DNA of 64,000 nt, taken from positions 415,849 through 479,848 of the forward strand of contig BCKQ01000003.1 of NCBI GenBank assembly GCA_001600695.1, read 5' to 3'. Positions 30,639 to 43,757 of the stretch are shown piece by piece (position 1 is the stretch's first letter; every line of letters begins with the position of its first letter). The translations under genes were made by a program, and so were the position numbers. This DNA is from Ascoidea asiatica JCM 7603. Lineage: Eukaryota > Fungi > Ascomycota. Under the pieces are notes generated by a model that saw only the letters and a list, made by a program, of their open reading frames with translations, had not been told where the DNA came from and did not search any database.

Positions 30639-31127
30639 CTTCAGTTTCTAACTCTGTTCACTGCCTTCAACATAAACTCTTCTCTTCTTCTTCTTTACTT
30701 CTTCCTTTCTCTTCAGATCAGTAAACAACAAAACAAACACCAAAACAAACACCAAAACAAAACAAAACAAAAACAAATTCAAATCAGTTCAAAAATCACA
30801 AAATCAGTCACATGCAAAAATGCGTGCAATTTCCAAAAAAAAAATGAATTCGGTTTAGTGTTGCGCTCTTCCGGTAGATCCGCACCACGGAAGAAAGTCT
30901 CGTTCCCGCGGTTTCTTTTTCTGCTGCAAATTTAAATTTGGCTGACTCTCAAAGTTTTATTTGAGAAAAGATTTGAAAATTGTTATTATTTGAATTCTTT
31001 TCGACATACTCGATTTTATTCATATTCATTTAATCCAGTTTTTTTAATGTTTTAAGTCTGATGAATGAAATAATTAACTGAAGTGAAATGAACTCAATAA
31101 TAGAAATACTAAGAAGAAGTATATAAA

Positions 31128-33488
31128 ATGCCAATATTATTAATAGATTCATATGATTCATTTACATTTAATTTAAAAAATTTAATTGAAATTTCAACAA
31201 ATCAAAAAGTTTTTGTAATTCATAATGATTCAATTTCTTTTAAAATTTTTTTAAATTTAAATTTAATTAATTATTTTGATTGTATAATTATTGGTCCAGG
31301 TCCAGGTAATCCAAAATTTTTAAAAGATATTGGAATTATTAATGATATTTTTAATAATTTATCAATTTATTATCCTTTTACAATTCCAATTTTTGGTATT
31401 TGTTTAGGTTTTCAATCTTTATGTTATTCAAATAATTATGATATTCAAATTTTAAATCAAATTCAACATGGTCAAGTTTATGATATTCAAATTATTCAAG
31501 AATCTTTATCTAATTCAATTGATTCAATATTTCAAAATTTTAATAAAAATTCATTTAAATCTGTTAGATATCATTCATTACATGTAAATATTAATTCAAA
31601 TAATAATAATATAATTCCATTGGCTTATACTTTTGAATCAAATGGTGATAAAATTTTAATGGCTGGTAAACATATAAATTTACCATATTATGGAGTACAA
31701 TATCATCCAGAATCTATAAATTCTGAATTTGGTTCATTATTAATTAAAAATTTTTATTTTAATATTGTTAAACCTTATAATAATAATAATAATAGAATAA
31801 TCTCAAATAAGTCAAATGATTTAAAAACTTTATCAAATTTAATGAATCCATTTCTAATTAAACCAAAATTATCATTATCTATTATTAATAATATCAAAAA
31901 AGATAATGATATTGATTTAAATATAAAAATAATTGATGATTTTAAAACTAATAATTTAAAAATTATAAAATTATATGAAATTTTATCAAATTATATTAAT
32001 AATGATATTTTTTTATTAAATTCAAGTTCAAAACCTGGAATTTGGACAATATTTGGTATTCCAATTGAAAATCATTCAAAAATTATAACTAATTATTATA
32101 ATATTTCAAATAAAAAAAATATAATTAAAACAAGTTTATATAAAGGGAATATTATTGAAGAAAATGATAATAATAATAATAATAAAAGTTCAATTTGGGA
32201 TTATTTAAATGAATTTATGATTAATAAATTAAATTATTTCAAAAACTGTAATGACAAAAATGAATTGATTTATAAATTACCTTTTATTGGTGGTTTGATT
32301 GGAATTTTAACTTATGAAGAATGTGATTTAATTTTAAATAATTCAAATATAAATATTACAAAAGATAATTTAAAAATTTTAAGTAAATTAATTTATATTG
32401 AAAGAGTTATATTATTAAATAATATAGATAATAAATTATATATAATTTCAATTAAAAAAAATGATTTAAATTGGGTTAATGATATGAATAATTTTCTTTT
32501 AAATATATCTTTAGATGATAAACCTAATAATGATATAAATTTCAAAGATGAATTGATAAAAATTGAAAAACCAAATAAAGAAGATTATATTAAAAAAATA
32601 AGAAAATGTAAAGAATATTTAAATAAAGGAGATTCATATGAATTATGTTTAACAGATCAATGTAAAATATTTCTTAATAAAGAAAATAATAAATATCACA
32701 AAGAAGATAGAAATAGAGATTGGAAATTATATAAAAAATTAAATTTAATGAATCCAAGTCCATATTCAGTTTTTTTTAAATTTGATAAAGAAATTAAATT
32801 AATTTCATCATCACCAGAAAGATTTTTAAATTGGAATTATAAATTGAATAAATGTGAATTAAGACCAATTAAAGGTACAGTTAGTAAAAAAAAAAAATTA
32901 AATTTTAATGAAGTTTATAAAATTTTAAAATCAAGAAAAGAAATTGGTGAAAATTTAATGATTGTTGATTTAATTAGAAATGATTTATTTACAATTTTAG
33001 ATAAAGTTAAAGTTATAAAATTAATGAATATTGAAGAATATGAAACTGTTTATCAATTAGTTTCAGTTATTGAAGGAGATTTAAGAGTTAAAAGAAATAA
33101 CAATTTTGAAAATAATCAAGAAGATGAATTAATTAATGGAATTGATGTATTATGTAATTGTTTACCAGCAGGATCAATGACTGGAGCACCTAAAAAAAGA
33201 TCAGTTGAAATTTTAAATAATTTAGAAAATCATAAATCAAGGGGAATTTATTCTGGAGTTTGTGGATATTGGTCAGTTCATGATAATGGAGATTGGAGCG
33301 TAATAATTAGATCATTATTTAGTTATGAAAATGATATTGACAATAAAAATAGTAATGAAGAGATTAAAGAATGTGAAATTTGGAGAATTGGAGCTGGTGG
33401 AGCAATAACTGTATTAAGTAATGAAGAAGATGAATTTGAAGAAATGAGTGTGAAACTTGACAGTGCACTTCAAATATTCACAAGCTAG
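31128..33488 (+). CDS. ABZ1: Aminodeoxychorismate synthase (PabA-PabB fusion)
   Basis: IDSYDSFTFNL, GPGPG, GICLGFQ, QYHPES (GATase); SSPERFL, RPIKGT, ENLMIVDLIRND, GSMTGAPK (chorismate binding). Confidence 0.96.
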   Translation: MPILLIDSYDSFTFNLKNLIEISTNQKVFVIHNDSISFKIFLNLNLINYFDCIIIGPGPGNPKFLKDIGIINDIFNNLSIYYPFTIPIFGICLGFQSLCYSNNYDIQILNQIQHGQVYDIQIIQESLSNSIDSIFQNFNKNSFKSVRYHSLHVNINSNNNNIIPLAYTFESNGDKILMAGKHINLPYYGVQYHPESINSEFGSLLIKNFYFNIVKPYNNNNNRIISNKSNDLKTLSNLMNPFLIKPKLSLSIINNIKKDNDIDLNIKIIDDFKTNNLKIIKLYEILSNYINNDIFLLNSSSKPGIWTIFGIPIENHSKIITNYYNISNKKNIIKTSLYKGNIIEENDNNNNNKSSIWDYLNEFMINKLNYFKNCNDKNELIYKLPFIGGLIGILTYEECDLILNNSNINITKDNLKILSKLIYIERVILLNNIDNKLYIISIKKNDLNWVNDMNNFLLNISLDDKPNNDINFKDELIKIEKPNKEDYIKKIRKCKEYLNKGDSYELCLTDQCKIFLNKENNKYHKEDRNRDWKLYKKLNLMNPSPYSVFFKFDKEIKLISSSPERFLNWNYKLNKCELRPIKGTVSKKKKLNFNEVYKILKSRKEIGENLMIVDLIRNDLFTILDKVKVIKLMNIEEYETVYQLVSVIEGDLRVKRNNNFENNQEDELINGIDVLCNCLPAGSMTGAPKKRSVEILNNLENHKSRGIYSGVCGYWSVHDNGDWSVIIRSLFSYENDIDNKNSNEEIKECEIWRIGAGGAITVLSNEEDEFEEMSVKLDSALQIFTS

Positions 33489-33689
33489 TATGAATATTGG
33501 TCTTCAATTTATGTATAAAGAGTATTTTTATTTATTAATATATTGTATATTTTGTATCCAGATTAAGCACAAGCCGAGTATATATTTTTAGCTCAGGGTC
33601 CAGAACTTGTCAAAATTACGTAATCAACCACAAAACCGGTCTCAAATGCAATCAACTGCTGAAATATTCCTAGTGGTGCTCTCCACACT

Positions 33690-33920
33690 CCACCGAAGGC
33701 CAGCCCACCTCACTGCACATTACTCCCATTGCCCTGGCTCTGTTTCCGCTGACCCGCTGCAGTGGCACCACTCCCTGCCTAACGGCCCTGCCACGCCACG
33801 TACGCCACCTCTCCCACGTCCGCCACGCTGCGGCTGGGCCATTGCTCCGCTCGGGTCTGGTGCCGTCACAGCGAAAACTCCATCTTCAGCTGCCTCTGCC
33901 TCTGTCTCTGCCCTTTGGCT
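33690..33920. promoter_or_regulatory. GC-rich island upstream of the PDH kinase gene with clustered CCACG repeats
   Basis: CCACG at 33791, 33796, 33814 and 33823 in a GC-rich patch within AT-rich intergenic DNA. Confidence 0.4.
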
Positions 33921-34511
33921 TTTGTATGGTGATTACTTTCTGTATCTTTTAACTCGATTATCACCAAATCCACTCACTTCCATTTATTTCTTTCAAAATA
34001 TTTATTTTTTTTTTGATTTCACTTCTATTCTTTATTAATTATTTATTCTTTTATTTCTTTTATTCTTTTATTATTTATTAATCTTTTATCCTTTACTCTT
34101 TATTCGTTATTATTCAATCAATTGAGAGGTGGTGATTAAGAACTTTTAATAGAATTTGGGGGTTATTCACTATTTTAAAGTGAATCAAAGATCTGACCAT
34201 TTATTATATTGCTTCATCTCAAGACTTCATATTCTTTAAAAGTAATTAATAAATTCATTTTAAATCTAATTGTTTAAATATATATATATAATTATATTTG
34301 CAATTACATATAGAGTGATTTGTATATAATATAAATATCAATATATATCAATATATATATATATATATATATACCGTATATATATATATCTGTTTAGATA
34401 TAGATATAGACATAGAAAGATAGATAAATATATGACAGATATAAAATCAAAATAAATATTCTCTATAATTCAATCACTCTTTTCATTTTCAATTCATATT
34501 AATAAATCAAT

Positions 34512-36050
34512 ATGTCTTCAACAGGTTGGAAATTAACAAAAGGTTTACTTGATGATATACGCTATTATGCAAAATTTCAACAATCTGGTATATCATTAAG
34601 ACAAATGGTTCAATTTGGTCATAATCCTTCTCCAGGTTCTTTATTTAGAGCTTCTCAATTTGTTGCAGAAGAATTACCAATAAGATTAGCTCATAGAGTT
34701 AAAGAATTAGATGAATTACCTGATGGTTTAAATCAAATGCCTTCAATAATTAAAGTTAAAAATTGGTATGCTCAATCTTTTAGTGAATTAACAAATTTAA
34801 AAAAACCAGTAATTGATGATGATGTTAAAAAAATTTTATATAAATCTCATACAAATAATTTATCAAGATTATCAAATTCACCTTCAACAAATATAAATGA
34901 TTTAAATACTTTAAATAATTCTGAAGATAATAAAGATAATCCAAAAAAATTTATGAATAGATTACATGAATTTAATGATGATGGAATTTATATTAAAAGA
35001 TCTCATTTTTTTCATCAACAAACTCATACTCATCCTGATACTCATATAATATCTTCATCTTCACTGCCTGGTATTCAATTTGATTCAAATTTAATTTCAA
35101 ATAATCCAAATCCAAATATTAATTCAAATTCAAATATTTTTAATGTATCTCAATCAAGAAAAAAATATTTTGTTTCAATGCCAACTAATTATGCATGGCC
35201 TTCAGAAATTTATTTATATAATAAAGCTTTAAAAGATACTTTAATAAAAATTAGAAAAAGACATGATCCGACTGTTGTAACTGTTGCTCAAGGTGTTAAA
35301 GAATGGAAAGAAAAAAAAAAATTAATAATGTTAGATTCTTCTATACAATCTTTTCTTGATAGATTTTATATGTCAAGAATTGGTATAAGAATGTTAATTG
35401 GTCAACAAATTGCTTTAAATGAAGAACCTGTAAGAGATGATTATGTTGGGATTATATGTTTAAAAACAAATGTACAAGAAATTGCTCAAGATGCTATAGA
35501 TAATGCAAGATATATTTGTGAACAATATTATGGTTTATTTGAAGCTCCAAAAATTGAATTATATTGTTCTGCAAATATAAATTTTATGTATGTACCTGGA
35601 CATTTAATTCATATGTTATATGAAATTTTAAAAAATTCATTAAGAGCAACAGTTGAATTTCATTCAAAATTACCTGAAAATAAAAATAAAGATATTTATG
35701 ATATAAAATTTCCAAGAATAAAAGTTATTGTAACTGAAGGTAATGAAGATATTACAATAAAAATTTCTGATGAAGGTGGTGGTATAAGAAGAAGTACAAT
35801 ACCTTTAATTTGGACTTATCTTTATACAACAGTTACAGATACTCCAGATATAAATGATGAAAATTTTGTTAATGGTGGCTCATCTCAATTTGTTGCTCCA
35901 ATGGCAGGTTTAGGTTATGGTTTAAGTTTATCAAGATTATATGCAAGATATTTTGGTGGGGATATAAAATTAATAAGTATGGAAGGTTATGGTACAGATG
36001 CTTATCTACATTTAAATAAATTAGGTAGTTCTTCTGAACCTCTTCAATAA
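34512..36050 (+). CDS. Mitochondrial pyruvate dehydrogenase (alpha-ketoacid dehydrogenase) kinase
   Basis: SLRQMVQFG, EELPIRLAHRVKEL, FLDRFYMSRIGIRMLIGQ, EILKNSLRA, ISDEGGGI, AGLGYGLSLSRLYARYFGG. Confidence 0.96.
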   Translation: MSSTGWKLTKGLLDDIRYYAKFQQSGISLRQMVQFGHNPSPGSLFRASQFVAEELPIRLAHRVKELDELPDGLNQMPSIIKVKNWYAQSFSELTNLKKPVIDDDVKKILYKSHTNNLSRLSNSPSTNINDLNTLNNSEDNKDNPKKFMNRLHEFNDDGIYIKRSHFFHQQTHTHPDTHIISSSSLPGIQFDSNLISNNPNPNINSNSNIFNVSQSRKKYFVSMPTNYAWPSEIYLYNKALKDTLIKIRKRHDPTVVTVAQGVKEWKEKKKLIMLDSSIQSFLDRFYMSRIGIRMLIGQQIALNEEPVRDDYVGIICLKTNVQEIAQDAIDNARYICEQYYGLFEAPKIELYCSANINFMYVPGHLIHMLYEILKNSLRATVEFHSKLPENKNKDIYDIKFPRIKVIVTEGNEDITIKISDEGGGIRRSTIPLIWTYLYTTVTDTPDINDENFVNGGSSQFVAPMAGLGYGLSLSRLYARYFGGDIKLISMEGYGTDAYLHLNKLGSSSEPLQ

Positions 36051-36130
36051 AAGTATAAAAATTTGTATTAGTATTTGTATAATTTTTTTTTTTTCAAATT
36101 TTTTCTTTTTTTTTTTTATTAAATTCTCTA

Positions 36131-36700
36131 TTAAACTAATGTGGTATTATTATTAGCATTGATTTTTTCATTAAATCTTTCATTAAATTTTTCATTGAAT
36201 TGAGACACTTTAATTATTGGAATATCTAAATTTGAATTTGAATTTAAGTTAATAATATTATTATGTTGATATAAAAATTTTTGAAAGAGATATAAACAAT
36301 CAATATTAATTGAAATAAAACTTAAGAAAAATTTACCAAAATTTTGTGTAACTAATTGAATTGAAAAAGTATTATCATTTTTAATTAAAAAATCTAAGAT
36401 TAATTGAATTATACAAAATATTGAACCAATGAAATCTAAATAAATCATTAAAAATTTCAAAACCAAAAATTGATTTTTTCTTAAAATTTAAGAATAATTG
36501 TGGTAAATGTTTGAATAAATTTATGAATAATTTTATATAAGTTAAAATTTCAGTTAATTTAATTAATAAAATTGAATTTGATATGAAAACTTTATATAAA
36601 TTTGAAATAATTATAATAAATATTGAAATAATTATAGGTTTAGTTGATTTATTCAATCTTGATAAAATATGGATTATGATTTTGAAATTATTATAAATAA

Positions 36701-36774
<74 letters not shown>

Positions 36775-37178
36775 GTAGTATGATTAAATTTTTTAATTCT
36801 ATAATAAAACACTTGAAAAACAGTTACATATAACATAAATAAACCATGAGATATATATAACATATCAATATAATTCAATAATGGTTTTGAATCTAAATTT
36901 TTGGAATTGAAATGAGATTGAGAATATTGAAATTGAACAGTTGGATTATAAATTAATAAATAGACAGAAGTAAAATAACAATGATATCCTAAGTAATTCA
37001 ATATTAATGAATCAATTGACATTCCATCAGAAGATTTTAATTTATGATTTAAAATTAATGGTGGATAAAATGCAATACTCCAATTTATTAAATATGACCA
37101 ACCGAAAATTGTAGAAAGTAATTTTAAAGTTGAAATACTCAAGCCATATTGATTTGAATCTATTGATATTTCTTCCAT
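36131..37178 (-). pseudogene. ERS1: Cystinosin/Ers1-like PQ-loop transporter split by a one-base frameshift (real lesion or homopolymer sequencing error)
   Basis: GWSYLINWSIAFYPP...KSSDGMSID; second loop HLPQLFLNFKKKSIFGF continues as MIYLDFIGSIFCIIQL in another frame; removing one base of the A5 run at 36450-36454 joins them. Confidence 0.8.
36703..36773. repeat. (AAT)n microsatellite encoding a poly-Asn tract of more than 20 residues in the cystinosin loop
   Basis: Uninterrupted tta/att repeat. Confidence 0.95.
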
Positions 37179-38705
37179 AGTTTTATCATTTTCTAGTCAA
37201 TTTGTTCAATTAATAATTGCTGAGTGTGATTGAATTCAAAGTAATATTTGAAAGTCTTTTTAAGAGAAAGAATATCGAAATAAATATAAGAAAGAATTGA
37301 ATAAATTGAATGAATTGATTGAAATGATTAAAATGATTAAAATAAACAAATAAAGGTTTAAAAATAAGCCCAAAAATAAATAAAAAGCTGGCCATCTTCA
37401 GCCGCACCGGATTTGATTGTCCGCACGCAGGATATTTAAGGATATGTTAAAAAATATAAAAGTACAACCCTGACTAATGGATACACGGATTATTCGTTAG
37501 TGGCGGAAGTCTAAAAATCAAGAAAACTTTAATCGAAATCCTAAATTTTACGTTTATTTGAAGAAGGTGGAATTTTTGAGCATTTTCACTTAAAAAATAT
37601 ATTTATTTGCTATAAAAGAAAAATGCATAAAAAAAAAAGTAATATTCAAAAACTTGTCAGACAGCCATTATTATCCATCCAATTAATTACTCCTTCCGAA
37701 AAAGTATGTAATAATGGATTGAAATCATTGCTCCTTTCTTAAGATATCAACTCAATAGAATATCTTTACAAACGAAAGGCAAATTAAAAACAAGATATCC
37801 AGACCAACAAAGGACCACAGATAAACTAATTGAAATTCTCATTCAATGGATATAATGGTATTCATCTCATCATCCAAGTTGGATTTGATGGCTCTTTTGA
37901 AGAATCAAAGAGAGACGTGACCTATAGAAATGATCCTACTATTGAATTTGTTAGTGATTGAAATTATCTAGTGTAATAATAATTATTATTTGAACCATAT
38001 GGTAAGCTACTTACTGAAGTACGTCGACAAAGAAAAAAAGAGAAATAAATTAAATAAAAATGATGAAAATAGCTGTGCTTTTATACCAAGAATTCCATCT
38101 TTGTTCAAAGAAGATCATTCCATCAGTGACTTACCCAGGCTTTGTTATTTTCCTGTCTTTGAAATACTTCTATTGACTCCTTTTTTAGGTCTTTGATTTA
38201 ATTTTTTTTGTCTTCTTTTTCTTTCTAACTTTACTTTAATTTTTATTTATTATCGTTGGAATGAAGATACAAAAATTACCAAATAAATGTATATTTGATA
38301 CGGAAATAAATACCTAGCTGAAAATAAATTGAAAATTAAAATGAATTAAAAATAAAATCAGTTTTGAGCATTCTTTTTCATAGTATTCTTTTTAACACAA
38401 ATCATATAATCAATATCATATTATTCAAATGACAGCCATTTATCAAGCCATTATATCTCAATTACAAATTTATACCTATTACTCAAGTAATATAAGTATC
38501 TGAATATATTTAACAATAAATCACTGAAGAATACCTACTCACCAAATTTTTTAATTTTCAATTTATGATATTCAACTTATATCAATGACTTCGTATTATC
38601 ACAAATTGAAGAAGTTCTACATAAGATTTTTCGAAATTTAGTTTTCATTTTCTAAAAGTATGTGTTTATACTATATTATATTATATGATACTATTTTTTA
38701 AACGC

Positions 38706-41211
38706 TCAAAAAAATGGTACAAAATCTGAATCTTTGAATAAGTTTACTCCCTGACTTCCTTTTTCCCAAACATTTTTCAATTTTTTCAATGAAGATGTTG
38801 AACTTCCATTATTCAAAGAGTTTAAGCATTCAAAATAAAATTCAATAATTTTTTGATGTCGTACTTTAACTGAATTTAAACCAAACATTATACTTGGCCA
38901 ATGAAGCATAGTTAATCTATGATCATTTTCAATTTTTTTAAAAACTCTTTCTTTATGATTTATTGGAATCTCAAAGTTTTCATCATTATCAATTTCATTC
39001 TGATCTTCATTTTGATCTTCATTCTGACCTTTATTTTTTTTTCTAATTGGATCTAAAAGATCTAATTCTAAAAAAAAATATAACTTTAACGAATCTGAAA
39101 CCATTTCTTGAACTAACTCATTATCTTTTGGTAAATTAAATAGATATTTTAACCTATATGCTTTAATACATAACGCATTAACATGTAGTTGGTTTGCTAA
39201 ATCATACCAAGAATATAAAAATTTCTCATTGATATTTTCTTTTCCCCTTCTGATACCAAATCCATATGCAGAATATGGTAACCGTATTCTTTTCTTATTT
39301 TTATTTCTATCCTTGTTATTATGATTATCTTTACGATTATGGATTTCATCATAAAATGGATGATATTTACTTTTCTCTTTTATTATGCATGATGTAGAAA
39401 TAATTTTGAAGTTCTTAGAATCTAAAATCAATTTACTAACTCTTAAAACATCTTTACTTTGCTTAAATAATGTTTTTTTGTTTTTTTCATCTTTGAAATT
39501 TTTATTTAAATTTCTTTTTTTACCTTCTTCAATAATTATAATTATTGCTTTAACCAATTTCATAGCTTCATGAGATCTACCAAAATAAATATAATAACCA
39601 TTTAATGTCATTAATCCCATTCTCTTTAGCAATATCAACTCTTCATTATTATCAGAATCTTTCTCCTGATCATCAATATCATTATCACTTTCGGTGTCAG
39701 TATCAGAATCACTTTCACTCTCACTACTTATTTCAATATCACTTTCATTTAATTCGTTTTGAGAGTTAAAACCATTATTTTTCGGTCGAAAAGCTTTTGC
39801 TTTTCCTTTTTTCGAACTAATTGACAGATTTGATGCAAATAATAGAAGCTGAACATCTGCACTGGAATTCAATGAACCTCCATGATATTTATCTGATTCA
39901 TTATTTTCCAAGTTTTTCAAACTAGGATCAAAATCATCAACATCATTAGTTAATGTAGCTAATGTCTCCACACTCGTAAAAATAATTTTGGCAAATACCA
40001 TCATCGGAGATAATACTGGGATTCTGGCTAATGACAATGATAAGTTTGTATTAACATTATCAGTAAAATATTCTTTTTGCTTTTCTTGTAACTGACGTTT
40101 TTGTTCTTGTTTCCCATTATAATATTGAATATAATTAATCAATAATACTTTAGCATCATTTAAATGTTTTCTCCATGATTTGAAATTTTCTGTACTATTT
40201 GTTATTGTCGATTCAATGGTAAGTAAAAGTGCAGTCATTATTAACGTATCTATATTACTCAATAATTGAGGAATTAATGAAATTGATGATAATGAAGATG
40301 AGTCTGAAAGAGTATTAGAATTACTTTCTTTTTCTTCATGTTTCTCTTTATCTTTAACTTTTAGCATTTGAAAATTTGTATTTAAATTTTTAAGACAACT
40401 ATTTAGATAATTTTTTCTATAAATCTCATCTTGAACATCATGCGTCTTTAAATATTCTAGTCTTGCAGTAATTGCTAATATTGAAGTTAATAAATATGGA
40501 CAATTTCTTGCTTGTACTAAAAGCATATCTCTTAAAGGATTTTGTTCTTCCAAAGGGTTAAAAAGATTTGCATTACTTAATTCTTCTTCAACAGGAATGA
40601 AATCAGGTTTTAATTTATTAAATTCATCTACTCTATCTGTTAAGAATAAAATAGGATTTAAATATGATTTAGAAACACCGAAAGGTAATAATTTCAAACT
40701 AACTTCATCATAAAATTTTCGTAAATATTTCAAATGAAATTGATTTAAATTAATAGTTTCAAAAATAGATATTGGAATAGTTTTAATCATTGATTTTAAT
40801 ATTATTGGTTTATTTTTACACATTTCAAAAGAATATAATAGTTTTACATCAATTTTATTATTTGCAACATCGGATAATTTACTAGAAGTAAAAAGAGCAG
40901 AATTATTGTAAAAATCGAGTAAAGCATTATCACTTTTTGTCATATGATTTGATTGATGATTTAAATTATCTTTTTTATTAATATTGTTATCGGATTCACT
41001 ATTCAATTTACGTTTTCTATTGATATTCTTGCTACTAGTCAAATTATTTTCATAACCTTTATTGCTATTTGGATTATGGTTGAAAATATTATTTGATGAC
41101 TTATTTGAAATATTATTGGGTGAATGATTGTTGATAATTTGGTGATTAGAGGGTTTATTAGTATTCTGTCTATAATAAAGCTGATCATAATCATAAGTAT
41201 TACTAGGATTA

Positions 41212-41249
<38 letters not shown>

Positions 41250-42797
41250 AGTATTATAAGATGATGGGAAAGAATTTCGATGAGAATTCTGGTCATTATA
41301 ATTATTGATATGATTATTAGAGTTATTATAAGTAGAACCATTTATCTCATTAGAAATAATCTGTTCACCAATTTTGTTATTATCAAAAGAAGAAGTAGTG
41401 GAAGAGGAAGAAGAATTTAAAGAAGATCTTTCATTTGAGTTTGTAAAATTGAAATTTATGTTATTATCCGAGTTATTATTATAATTGATATTTGAATTAA
41501 TGTTTGAATCATTATTGAAATCATTATTTAAATTATTATTATATAAATTATTATTGAAATCAGTAAAATTAGTATTAAAATTATTAAAATGAGATTTTTT
41601 CAAATATTCATAATTTAGATTTTTATAATCTGGAAAAACTGAATATTGATCATTATTATTTGAAATGCTATTAAATAAATTTTTACTTGAAGCAGGTAAT
41701 AATAATAATTCATTTATAAACTCATCAGCATTAAAAGAAGAGTCTATTGAGTTTAATAAAGGGTTATTATTATCAACGATGATATTATTAGAGTTGGAAT
41801 CTAAATTGGAAATTGGATTGAAATTCGAATTTGAATTTGATTGATAGTTTTTGAAAGTGTAATCATTTGGAGAGACAGATTGGAATCTAGATTGAGATTG
41901 AACTTGAGATTGAGAATGAGATTGGACTTGACTTATATTTTGAGAATAAGATTGTGATTGTGATTTTGATTGAGATTGTGATTTTGATTGAGATTGAGAT
42001 TGAGATTGAGATTGAGATTGAGATTGAGATTGAGATTGAGATTGAGATTTATTTATATTTTGAGGACTTAATTGTTGATTTAGTTGAGAGTTTGATTGAG
42101 ATTGAGATTGATATTGAGGTAAAGATTGAAAATTATCAAGAATCATATAATTTAAATTATTAGTTAAAGCATTTGCAGAACCTAATAAATTTTCTTCAAT
42201 TGACATTAAATCATCATTTATATTATATAAATTAGGAGTTGAATTCAATTGAATATTATCTTTCTCAGGTTTCTCATCTTTCTTCTCACTTTCATTCTCT
42301 TCACTCTTTTCATTCTTTTCAATTGATTCATTTTTCAGAAAGGTAATTTCTTTATTCTTCGTAGTTTTTATACTTTTCGTATTTTTTGCATTTTTTGAAT
42401 TCTTCTTATTCTTTTTATTATTATCAGTATTTGAATTGTTATTATAGTTTGAATTATTGAATAAATTATTATCAAGAAATTGAAATTGAAATTTAATTAT
42501 ATTTTGATATATACAATTTTTCTTTAAATGATTACATTGCCAACAACTTGGTTTTTCTTCATCACATTTAATTTTTCTTCTTCTACATTCATTACAACCT
42601 GTTCTACTATATTGTCTTTTTTTTGTCTTTGCTAGTACTACTTTATCTTTTTGTTTATCTTTTTTCGCTATATCAGTTGATATTTTATTAGATATTTTAT
42701 TTGATAATTTATTTGAATTTTGAATATTTTCATTTTTTTTTAAAGTACTATTCTCATTATTATTCTTGGATATAAGAATATTCTCATCATTATTCAT
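38706..42797 (-). CDS. Zn(II)2Cys6 transcription factor, Lys14-like
   Basis: KRQYSRTGCNECRRRKIKCDEEKPSCWQCNHLKKNCIY resembles the Lys14 cluster; C-terminal fungal TF domain; SQ and Asn repeats. Confidence 0.88.
41950..42047. repeat. (GATTGA)n hexamer repeat encoding a Ser-Gln dipeptide run
   Basis: Direct reading; explains the spurious IEIEIE ORF on the + strand. Confidence 0.9.
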
Positions 42798-43757
42798 ATT
42801 TTTGAAAAGTTCATTGAGTTCTAAAAGAAAAAAAAAAAGTAGTCTAAATAGATATAAATTTGTAAATGGTATGATTTTTTATTTAAATTGTTTCTTTCTT
42901 TTAGTAGAATAATAATAAAGCTTGAAAATAAATAATAGAAGGTGATAAAGTTACAAATATTATTAAATGAAATGATGAGGTGATTACCTGTCTCTTAAAT
43001 CGAGCAGTCTATTACTAATTTCTATTCAGTTATTTGATTTTTTGATTCTTTGATTCTTCGACTCGATCACTTTCACTTATCTTGGTATCTTTATCACATT
43101 TATCTATTATTTCATGTTTATCAGATTTCATTTATTCTTTTATTTCCTTTATTTCGTTTATCTGCCTGCTCAGTGATAATTTAACCTGATTTGAATCCAA
43201 GTAGCAGAGGTTTCTCGGTAGAGAACACGGAACTGTTTCCCAAATAGGCTGCGCTGCCACACTCCATTCAAACAGGAAACTGCTTATCAGGACACCCTCA
43301 TATCTGGTCTCCAATGCATCAACATCACGTGTTTTCGTTTTCTCGTATCTTCAATCTACTGCTTATTATTATTCCATAGCCAAAGCCTCCAAAAACCACA
43401 ACAAAACAAAAAAACATCAAAAAACAATGGAATTAAAGGAATTGCTTCAAAAGTATCCTATTTTATGATCTGATTACTTGTTCATCAAGTATATTCTTTG
43501 ATCCATATCATTTCAATTACAATTATTGTCTTTAATATTATTGCCAAAAAGACATCATCATTTGTTTATTTCATTATTTTTTTTATCTTCTTCTGCCATT
43601 CTTTAAAGGTCTTTTTTCATTTCATGTATTCTTTTTCAGATCTTATTTGGTTTCAAGTGATTTCAATAGTATCAATATATCCATTCAATTAATCAATTGA
43701 TCAATTGATCAACGAATTATTATTTCATTATTCATAATTCATAATTCCTAACTCAAA

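Noticed and set aside
33607-34038. 143-aa Pro-rich ORF
   Set aside because: TTG start, spans a GC-rich promoter island then T-rich DNA; codon usage unlike real genes here
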